64,000 bases of DNA, taken from the NCBI GenBank assembly GCA_963706575.1, contig CAVPNL010000009.1:128001-192000 (forward strand), read 5' to 3'. Position numbers and translations under genes: made by a program. Positions 29,880 through 37,993 of this stretch are shown here, piece after piece. Source of the DNA: an uncultured delta proteobacterium. GTDB lineage: Bacteria; Desulfobacterota; Desulfobacteria; Desulfobacterales; JAHEIW01. A model generated the notes under the pieces. It did no database searches, was not told the origin of the DNA, and was given only the letters and a program-made list of their open reading frames with translations. Position 1 is the first letter of the stretch. Every line of letters begins with the position of its first letter.

Positions 29880-30473
29880 CTAACTGGCGATTTCCAGAAC
29901 TTCTTCGGGTTTTTCGCAAAAAGATTTTAATATCTGCGTCTGGTCTTTGGTTAAATGGTGAAACTTCACCCCTACTCCCCTGGGGGCGGCCCAAACAATT
30001 TCTCCTATTAAATCTAGTGGATTACGGGTTTCGGGGGACGAAAAATGAAGCAGCATTTTCAAACCGCTTGTAAACGACTCACCGGTTTCGATAAAGGCGC
30101 CGGAGTTGCTGATATCCAGAATATAACTGCTGAACTTTTGCCCCCGGATTTTAAAATTGACGTTGATCAAACAATCTTTGCGGGTATGTTTTCTTCTCTC
30201 CTTTTTGCCGGTTTCAGACTGCATTTCTTCGAGGTGTCTCATAAATATAAACCGCTGCTCGTTTGACATATCAATTGCCGTTTTCAACAAAAAGTTGGCA
30301 GTACTGCCGTTGACAAATTGCTTTAAAAGATCAGTTTGCTTTTTTTCGGGCAGGTTGTTTATCAAGTAATACAAACGGGCGACGACCTCATAATCATTCA
30401 TTTTTAGAGGAGAGACCGGGGAGGTGGTATATTCTTTTTTTAATTTAAATGACCGTTGAAGCGTTGCTATCAT
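29880..30473 (-). CDS. PilZ domain protein
   Basis: ERRKHTRK, ILDISNSGAFI, GEIVW..GVGVKF. Start set at ATG 30473 with RBS gaggg. Confidence 0.85.
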   Translation of the reverse strand: MIATLQRSFKLKKEYTTSPVSPLKMNDYEVVARLYYLINNLPEKKQTDLLKQFVNGSTANFLLKTAIDMSNEQRFIFMRHLEEMQSETGKKERRKHTRKDCLINVNFKIRGQKFSSYILDISNSGAFIETGESFTSGLKMLLHFSSPETRNPLDLIGEIVWAAPRGVGVKFHHLTKDQTQILKSFCEKPEEVLEIAS

Positions 30474-30854
30474 AATTTGCTCACCCTCTTTCGCATCGCC
30501 CTGACCCTGTTCATACTTGATACATTTATTGCGGTCCAAAAGAGATGCAGATATCACCATAAGTGCTTGGTCTACAGATGAATTGAAGCTGCCTGTAATC
30601 CGTTTAGCCGCTCCGCATATGGGGTTACCTCCTGGATCTGCAAAAAGCATGCAAAAAGTCGGAAATATTATAATTCTATAAAATTTCAGATACTTAAATA
30701 AAATGAAGGGGCTTGAAATTTAAAAAATAGTATGAAATGAATGAATGAAAATTAGGTAATCGATTCCATAAAGATCCAAAATAGCAAGAATCGGGTGGCG
30801 AAGGTCCCATTTTTATCTTATTTTGCATTAAATTTCAGACAGGGGGATCATTAA

Positions 30855-31712
30855 ATGAAAAGCGAAACCTTTACCCAGGCAGCCGTAGATTATGAGCGCA
30901 TCGAAAAAGCCATCCAATTTCTAGCGGACAACTTTCATTCGCAGCCCAATCTAAAGGAAATTGCCGGCAAGATTCACGTGAGCGAATATCATTTCCAGCG
31001 CCTTTTCAGTCGCTGGGTCGGTATCAGCCCCAAGCGGTTTCTGCAATTTTTAACCAAAGAATATGCCAAGACCCTGCTGGAAAAATCGATCAATCTATTA
31101 GATGTTACCTACGAATCGGGCCTGACCAGCCCCGGGCGTCTGCATGATTTATTCGTATCCTGTGAAGCCGTGACTCCGGGGGAATACAAAGCCAAAGGCG
31201 AAGGTCTTGAAATTGTATACGGCTATCATGCCACCCCCTTCGGCGAATGTATGCTGGCCAAAACCGAGCGGGGCATCTGCGGTTTAGATTTTGTTCAAAA
31301 AAATGACCAGCAGCCCGTTTTTGCGAGTTTGGAAGATAGATGGCAAAAGGCAACATTAATTCAAGATCCAGATGTCACGCGACCTTTTGTCAAACGGATT
31401 TTCAATCCATCACAGGGGCAAAAATCAACGCCGCTGCATCTGGTTTTAAGCGGCACCAATTTTCAAATAAAGGTATGGGAGGCCCTGATCAAAATTCCCA
31501 TGGGTGCGGTGGTTACTTATGAGGACGTTGCGGCCCACATCGGGATGCCCAAAGCCTCCCGTGCCGTCGGCAATGCGGTTGGCAGCAATCCGGTCTCATT
31601 TGTTATTCCCTGTCACCGGGTCATCAAAAAAACCGCCGAATTCGGAAATTACGGAGGTGGGGTCGCGCGCAAGCTGGCAATACTTGGTTGGGAAGCGGTT
31701 CAGATGAATTGA
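30855..31712 (+). CDS. ogt: AraC-HTH + methylated-DNA--protein-cysteine methyltransferase (Ada/Ogt type, no N-terminal Zn domain)
   Basis: HFQRLFSRWVGISPKRF, GTNFQIKVW, RAVGNA, IPCHRV. Confidence 0.92.
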   Translation: MKSETFTQAAVDYERIEKAIQFLADNFHSQPNLKEIAGKIHVSEYHFQRLFSRWVGISPKRFLQFLTKEYAKTLLEKSINLLDVTYESGLTSPGRLHDLFVSCEAVTPGEYKAKGEGLEIVYGYHATPFGECMLAKTERGICGLDFVQKNDQQPVFASLEDRWQKATLIQDPDVTRPFVKRIFNPSQGQKSTPLHLVLSGTNFQIKVWEALIKIPMGAVVTYEDVAAHIGMPKASRAVGNAVGSNPVSFVIPCHRVIKKTAEFGNYGGGVARKLAILGWEAVQMN

Positions 31713-32253
31713 CCAATGACCTATTTACATACCGGGAACCCAAGTCCCATCCGGTGTCCCCGGAAGACATCAATGCGCAGATACTGAAGACCGCTATGAG
31801 TCGGTCAATCAAATACCGAGAGTTTTAATCAAATCCAACCGGGTCTATATAACTACATACTTTTTATCGTGAGAACCCTTCAATACAGGTGCTTTTAAGA
31901 CTCCGTGTCTTGCATGTGTTCATTTTGTGATTAGGATAAGAGGTGAAGGTGTTCTTATTGAGATAATGCCGGGCGGCCCGGCCGATTTCAAATTTCAGAT
32001 AGCCCACCGCCTTTCAAATATGGAATATCCTTCCACCGAAACGGGGCGCTGGTAGTCACTAGGCATTAACCATTGCGGGGAACGTCACCGGCCCTCAGGA
32101 TGAGACATCCCCCCACTTGTGTGATCATTAAACCCAGCCAAATATTTTGCCCCAAAGCCGAAGAAGCAGGTCTTTGATTTTTTGATGAGAACAAAGGCGC
32201 TGTGTGATTCTGGGTGCACACAGTGCCGATTGATTGGCTGTTTACGGGGTTCC

Positions 32254-33495
32254 ATGATAAATACTCCTATCATAGAATTTAAAAATGTTTCCAAGCGATT
32301 TGATAATCGGACGATCCTGGATCGAATCAACCTGCAGATTTATGAAGGTGATGTCACCACCATCATCGGTAAAAGCGGCGAAGGCAAAAGCGTTCTGCTC
32401 AAGCACATCACCGGCCTGCTGAGACCCGACGAAGGCAGCGTTTTATTCCGGGGCCAACCGATCGAAAAAATGAGCCGCAAAGAATGGAATAGCTACCTCG
32501 CGCAGATCAGCTATATGTTTCAGAATAATGCCCTTTTTGACTCCAAGACGGTTTATCAAAATGTAGCCATGCCTCTGAGAAAATTTAGCCAACTCAGCAA
32601 ATCACAAGTTCGAGAAAAGATAATGGCGCGCCTGGAACAAACCGAGCTGACGGATGTGGCTCAAAAATATCCGTCCGAGCTCTCCGGCGGAATGCAAAAG
32701 CGAGCGGCTTTGGCCCGGGCGCTGGTTACAGATCCGAAAATCGTCCTGTTTGACGAATTGACCACCGGACAGGATCCCATTCGCCGAAATGCCATCCTGG
32801 GAATGATTGCTGAATATAAAATGAAATTCGGCTTTACGGCCGTTTTGATCAGTCATGACATTCCGGATGTGTTTTTTATCTCCAACCGCATTCTGGCGCT
32901 TTACGATAAAAAAATTGTTTTTCAGGGGACACCTGAAGCATTCGAAGAATTTGATCATCCCTTTTACGATGAAATCATCACCAGTCTCGAAGATTTGCAG
33001 CATGAGCTGACCGGCCTGCATTCCAGGCGCCAGTTCAAAGTACGCTATCAAACCGATCTGGCCCGCAAAAATGGACACCGCCAATTTGCGGTTGTCATTT
33101 TCGCCCTTGAAAATTTGGATGGCATTATTGAAGAACTGGGTCACACAGCGGCTCAGAATGGAATCCGAACCATGGGGGATTACATCAATAAACACTTCGG
33201 CACGGTCGGAGGATTTTCAATGCGGCGCAGAATCGACCAATTCAGTACGGTACTGCCGTTTTCGGACCTGGATGAAGCCCGGTGCATTTTAGAAGATTTT
33301 ATCACAGATTTTCGGAAAAACGGGCTGATCAGCATTGAGAATGCCGCCAGAGAGGTCAATCCTGCGGTGCGCTGCTTTGAGTTCTCAATCAGTGCCGGGT
33401 TGGCCCGCGGAAATCCAAATGTCGAGTTGGATTCCATTATGGCGTTTGCCGACTTTAATCGGGAACCGATTGCTCAGTTTCAGTGCAATATTTAG
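32254..33495 (+). CDS. MlaF/Ttg2A-like ABC ATPase fused to a degenerate GGDEF-like domain
   Basis: GKSGEGKS, FQNNALFDS, LSGGMQKR, VLFDE, SHD; C-terminal LTGL.SRR..., LGH, RRIDQF, SISAGLA. Confidence 0.85.
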   Translation: MINTPIIEFKNVSKRFDNRTILDRINLQIYEGDVTTIIGKSGEGKSVLLKHITGLLRPDEGSVLFRGQPIEKMSRKEWNSYLAQISYMFQNNALFDSKTVYQNVAMPLRKFSQLSKSQVREKIMARLEQTELTDVAQKYPSELSGGMQKRAALARALVTDPKIVLFDELTTGQDPIRRNAILGMIAEYKMKFGFTAVLISHDIPDVFFISNRILALYDKKIVFQGTPEAFEEFDHPFYDEIITSLEDLQHELTGLHSRRQFKVRYQTDLARKNGHRQFAVVIFALENLDGIIEELGHTAAQNGIRTMGDYINKHFGTVGGFSMRRRIDQFSTVLPFSDLDEARCILEDFITDFRKNGLISIENAAREVNPAVRCFEFSISAGLARGNPNVELDSIMAFADFNREPIAQFQCNI

Positions 33496-34301
33496 GTACT
33501 AAATTCAGCAGCCTTTCTATAACCTGCCTCAAGCGCTTCAGTTATGATGGCCTTAAACGCTTTTTTTTCCAGGGTAAACGTAATTTCAGTGGAAATGCCT
33601 CCCGGCGTGCTGGCTTCGCTGATTAAATTATAAGGAGACACTTGCCGGGTGTTCCACAGCTCCATTGAACCGTTAATCGTATGATATGCAATCTTTGTTG
33701 ATGTCTTCCGATCAATACCCAATCTCACGGCTGTATCAATGATCGCTTGAAAAAACAGGTGCGTTGTCACCGGACTGCTGAGAGCGGTAACCGCGTTGAT
33801 CTTATCTTCCTGCAAAATAACATATTCTCCCAGACAGGAAAAAAGTTCGATTACATCATTTTTTTGTGTTTTGCTGACGTAGGGATTAAAAGCCAGCGCC
33901 GCAATGCCTTTGCCGATCAGGCTGGGAGGATTGGGCAGGGCTCTTATAACCGGTAGATGCTCTCCTAAAACCGTGTATGTTTTCATGGGGATGCCGGCCG
34001 CCAGGCTGATGATGGCTTTGTCTTTTGGAAATTCCTGTTCTCTTAATTCATTTAAAACCGGAACCACAACCTGGGGCAGAACATTGAAAAATATGAAATC
34101 GGCAGCGCCCAGTGCCTGTTGATTGCTATCCGCTGTTTGAACAGCAAATTTTTTTTGGAGCGATTCCAGTTTTTGGAGATCAGGGTCACTGACAACCAGC
34201 TGGCTCCCGGTCGTTTTTCCGGATCGGGTCAGATTCTCAAGAATGATGCTGGTGATGTGCCCTCCGCCGATAAAAGCAATGGTGCGCTGCTTTAATGCCA
34301 T
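33492..34301 (-). CDS. proC: Pyrroline-5-carboxylate reductase family protein (divergent)
   Basis: IAFIGGG, IISLAAGI, RALPN, VTALS, TPGG. Confidence 0.85.
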   Translation of the reverse strand: MALKQRTIAFIGGGHITSIILENLTRSGKTTGSQLVVSDPDLQKLESLQKKFAVQTADSNQQALGAADFIFFNVLPQVVVPVLNELREQEFPKDKAIISLAAGIPMKTYTVLGEHLPVIRALPNPPSLIGKGIAALAFNPYVSKTQKNDVIELFSCLGEYVILQEDKINAVTALSSPVTTHLFFQAIIDTAVRLGIDRKTSTKIAYHTINGSMELWNTRQVSPYNLISEASTPGGISTEITFTLEKKAFKAIITEALEAGYRKAAEFST

Positions 34302-36094
34302 TTATCCTTCTCCTTTTGCCCGTTTGTCCCTATGTTTGACTCCAGCATTTTTTTAAATCGTCCCTCCAATCTGGCGCACGGATAAAAACCCAATTCCTTC
34401 AAATTGCCGGTAACATCGACAGGCAGCGCTTGGCTTTCGACTTTTTGATTCAGGATACCGCCAATTAAAACGGGGAGCCTTATTTTTTGCCGGGCCAATG
34501 CTTCTCTCAATTGTTTTGCATATTCAAGTGCCATCCCGTTATGGGTGCTGACTAATATCGCCTCCGCGTTTTGGGTATTTGCTTCTGAAACGATCTCATC
34601 CGGATTTACCTCAGCGCCCAGATATATCATTTCAGCACCGGCTTCAGAAAGAAGCTGGCTGATAACCGTTACGGCATGCTCATGCACATCGGTTGATGCG
34701 ATCAGCAATCGGCGCCCGCCTAAAAGGGTTCTCATTTTCGAGGTGACAAACATCTGCCGATACTCATTGAAATATTTATTGGACATTTCGAAAACATCCG
34801 TCGGTTCGATAGGGACTCGCCCCCTGATAAAATCTTCCTGGACCTTACCGGCCCCGAACATTTCTTCGAAAACGGCCGGTCCGAGATTTTTGAGCACAAA
34901 CAGCATTTGAACAGGGTCGGTAATATCGACACCGGCTTCCTTCAATCCGTCTAAGGCGTTATCAAATACAGATTTTCCGGCAGCTAGGATGGTGTCGCAG
35001 AATTGATAGGCTTCGCGGAAGTCAAAATGGTAAAAGAGTTTTCGAGCCGCTTTTTCGATTTGGCGACCGAATTTTTGGGCTTCGGCGATTTCTTCAGCCG
35101 AAGGGATTCTTAATGCTTCGGTAACCGGCAGCGGCAGCACGGCATGGCCGGTGGGACATTCAAGCTGGGCCATAATATCCCAGAGCAGATATTCTGCCAC
35201 CACCCCCTGGTTCAGGGTGAAGTCCGGGGAAAAAGAAAGGGTATCACCGTAAAACATGGATCCCACACAATCGGGTGCATGAATTTTGTGCAGCGCAAAC
35301 ACCCAACCGGCTCTTTTTATGGGATCGGTCGTCAAGCCGCCAATACAATGCGCCAGTTTGGCTCCCAGAAGGTTTTCGACAATATAGTTTTCCAGATAGG
35401 CCCATCCGGCCACGGTGGCACAATCGTAAAAAAGGGCGCCGAAGCCGTCTTCGAGGTAGGAGTGCACCATTGTGCCCTTTTTTCTCAAGGCTCCCATAAT
35501 TGCGATGGCCTTCACTGTTTCGGCAGCAGTTACGGCTTTATCCTTCCACAGCGGAACTTCATGCGCAAAAAATTGGGATAGATTTCCAATGGTGGTCACT
35601 CCGGCTTTCAGCGCCAGGATGGTGTTGTCGGTCGATGCGGGAAATCCGATCATAAAATCGCCCATGTGAGGCTGGATGGGCGCCGTTTGTCCGACCTGTT
35701 TCCAATCTTTTATGGAATCCAACATGGGGCCGGTTTCGGCCGGTATGTTTTTTCGGTGTGCTTTGGGTAATCCCATGCGTCGATCCAGGCAAATTCCGGC
35801 GCGGTCCACCATGAACCCATTCTCTTCAGCGGTATTATCAAGCAGCGTCAACGCCGCCACCGTCGAATTCCATGAATTCATTCCAATATGGGCATGAAAC
35901 ATGATGGTGTTTTCCTGCATGCACCTTTTTTTATATTCCAATTCAGATGCGACCCCCATTTTATTCATGAAAGCGGTGCGGCCGATTCGAATATCTCTGG
36001 CAATCGCCTGCCCCGCGTTTGTAATTGCCCGGCTTGAAGGCAAATCTGTCCTTAAAATCTCCTGAACGGTTTTATGGAATTTCGAAAATTTCAT
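34292..36094 (-). CDS. Uncharacterised cobalamin-dependent enzyme (putative TIM barrel + C-terminal B12-binding domain)
   Basis: C-terminal STDVHEH, IYLG, ILVSTHNG, VLIGG. PVTEALRIPSAEE resembles mutase EA..P motifs. Overlaps the proC start by 10 nt. Confidence 0.8.
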   Translation of the reverse strand: MKFSKFHKTVQEILRTDLPSSRAITNAGQAIARDIRIGRTAFMNKMGVASELEYKKRCMQENTIMFHAHIGMNSWNSTVAALTLLDNTAEENGFMVDRAGICLDRRMGLPKAHRKNIPAETGPMLDSIKDWKQVGQTAPIQPHMGDFMIGFPASTDNTILALKAGVTTIGNLSQFFAHEVPLWKDKAVTAAETVKAIAIMGALRKKGTMVHSYLEDGFGALFYDCATVAGWAYLENYIVENLLGAKLAHCIGGLTTDPIKRAGWVFALHKIHAPDCVGSMFYGDTLSFSPDFTLNQGVVAEYLLWDIMAQLECPTGHAVLPLPVTEALRIPSAEEIAEAQKFGRQIEKAARKLFYHFDFREAYQFCDTILAAGKSVFDNALDGLKEAGVDITDPVQMLFVLKNLGPAVFEEMFGAGKVQEDFIRGRVPIEPTDVFEMSNKYFNEYRQMFVTSKMRTLLGGRRLLIASTDVHEHAVTVISQLLSEAGAEMIYLGAEVNPDEIVSEANTQNAEAILVSTHNGMALEYAKQLREALARQKIRLPVLIGGILNQKVESQALPVDVTGNLKELGFYPCARLEGRFKKMLESNIGTNGQKEKDKWH

Positions 36095-36339
36095 TGGATT
36101 GTTTTCTTATCCTTAAACAGGATTTGATCTAAAGTTTTTCTTTAGATAAGACTGCCGGGAACAGATGGTTTTGTAAAGAAAAAATTTGATGTATGGCGGC
36201 CGAAGGTAGGTATATCCTGTCTAAAATAAAACAAAGCAAGATATACTTATTTCCCTTTTCGCGCCTTTTTGCTACATGTTTATCTGTAGGTACAGTTCGT
36301 TGTAAAAGCTGAATTCTGCTAGACGATTTACGATCAGGT

Positions 36340-37596
36340 GTGGGTAACATCAGAAAAATGAATCATTTACACCAAAGCATCAAATGGCAGCAGGAGGCAA
36401 ACTCAATATCTGACCGGCTCTGGGATGTTGTCATCGTCGGTGCCGGTCCGGCCGGTGGGATTGCGGCCGCCCACCTTGCAGCAAGCCATCACCGGGTTTT
36501 ACTATTGGATCGTAAAAAGTTTCCGCGCGAAAAAGTATGCGGCGACGGCCTGCTGCCGGATGCTTTGCGCTGTCTGGACGCCATTGGTGTCGGGAAAATC
36601 GTTCGCGCCGCCGGTCACAAAATCAGCGCCAGCGTTTTTGTTAGCCCTTCCCTAAACGAAGTCGAAATACCCGGTGAGTATCTGACCATAAAACGCAATC
36701 TTTTGGATATGATCGTTGCTCAAAAGGCCGTTGATATCGGTGCTGTTTTTGCGTGTGGTGAAGTGAAACAGCTGGTGGTTGAACCTGATGGCCGGGTGTC
36801 TTTCACGATCCGGGGAAGTGAAAAGAGAATTCAAGCGCGAATCGGGATTCTGGCAACCGGTGTGAATATCCGGCTATTTCGCAAACTGAACTGGGCCGCC
36901 AGAAAAAAGACCAGTGGCGTTGCTCTGCGATGTTATGTACGCTCTTCACTGGCTCTTGACCGATTGGTCATTTCATTTTTCAGTCATAACAGACGAACGG
37001 TCCCTGGCTATGGGTGGATTTTTCCCATGCGAGATCATGAATACAACCTCGGTTGCGGCATTTTCTCTCCGGATCGAGTTGCCAACTCCACCATTAATTT
37101 TAAGAAAAAATTTAAAGAATTTATCGATTCTTACCCCCTGGCACGGGATCTGATGCAGCAGAGCGATAGAACAACAGCCTTGCGAGCAGCGACGTTGCGG
37201 TATAATTTTGAAGGCGCCTACCCGTTCGTAAACGGCCCCATTGTCGCCGTGGGGGAAACCATTGGAACGACATTGCCGTTTATCGGCGAAGGCATCGGCA
37301 AAGCCATGGAATCCGGCCAACTGGCGGCTGAAGCCATCAGCAGCGCATTGAACTCAGACGATTTGAGCAAACTGTCACGATATCATCATCAAATAGAATT
37401 CGAATTTAAGACTCACTATCAAGGGTATCGGCAGGCTGAAAAATGGCTGGCAAGGCCCCAGGTAAATGATTTCATCATAAACCGATTTGGAAATAGCAGA
37501 TATGCAAAAAAAATCCTGACCGATGTTATTGCTGAAACCAAAAATCCGAGAGATATTTTTTCTTTAAAAGGTATTTTTAAATCACTCTGGAACTAA
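36340..37596 (+). CDS. Geranylgeranyl reductase family FAD-dependent oxidoreductase
   Basis: DVVIVGAGPAG, FPREKVCGDGL, PGYGWIFP, GEGIGKAMESG. Start may be ATG at 36358. Confidence 0.9.
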   Translation: MGNIRKMNHLHQSIKWQQEANSISDRLWDVVIVGAGPAGGIAAAHLAASHHRVLLLDRKKFPREKVCGDGLLPDALRCLDAIGVGKIVRAAGHKISASVFVSPSLNEVEIPGEYLTIKRNLLDMIVAQKAVDIGAVFACGEVKQLVVEPDGRVSFTIRGSEKRIQARIGILATGVNIRLFRKLNWAARKKTSGVALRCYVRSSLALDRLVISFFSHNRRTVPGYGWIFPMRDHEYNLGCGIFSPDRVANSTINFKKKFKEFIDSYPLARDLMQQSDRTTALRAATLRYNFEGAYPFVNGPIVAVGETIGTTLPFIGEGIGKAMESGQLAAEAISSALNSDDLSKLSRYHHQIEFEFKTHYQGYRQAEKWLARPQVNDFIINRFGNSRYAKKILTDVIAETKNPRDIFSLKGIFKSLWN

Positions 37597-37740
37597 ATGA
37601 CCGGGTTGAGTTCATGTTTCTTAAACACCAGGTGTGGTCCTGAATAACGGATTTGCCGGTCCCTGATTTCCGGAAGCAAAGAATATAATCGAATTCGAAT
37701 CGAACGGTGAACGCCGTTGATTCGAGATGGTTTCTTTTGC

Positions 37741-37769
37741 TTGACATTTTACGTGAAAATGCTTATAAT
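37741..37769 (+). promoter_or_regulatory. Perfect-consensus sigma70 promoter with an overlapping inverted repeat
   Basis: TTGACA-17 nt-TATAAT; CATTTT-acgtg-AAAATG at 37745-37761. Confidence 0.8.
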
Positions 37770-37993
37770 ATATTGAAAAATTTAGAAATAATTTAGTTAT
37801 TAACCATTGCACAGAAACGAAACTCTTCCGTTTGAAATTTTGCCTTGATATATTCAGCTTCGAAGGTTATCCATCCTGGAGCTTGACTCCTGCTCTTAAA
37901 TGAAAGTAAACTTTTCACAGACGGTTTCATTTTCGCCTGACAATTTATTTGTGCGCATTTAACCCATGGGTCCACCAAGATTATAGAAAAATT

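Noticed and set aside
30855..31712. Ada lacking its N-terminal Zn domain as a truncation
   Set aside because: The AraC-HTH + Ogt architecture is a known intact form; RBS and start are normal.
31965..32140. Cobalamin riboswitch
   Set aside because: Only a partial CCCCGC-like match. The GGGAA, GCCACTG and B12-box elements were not found, and it is not upstream of a B12 gene.
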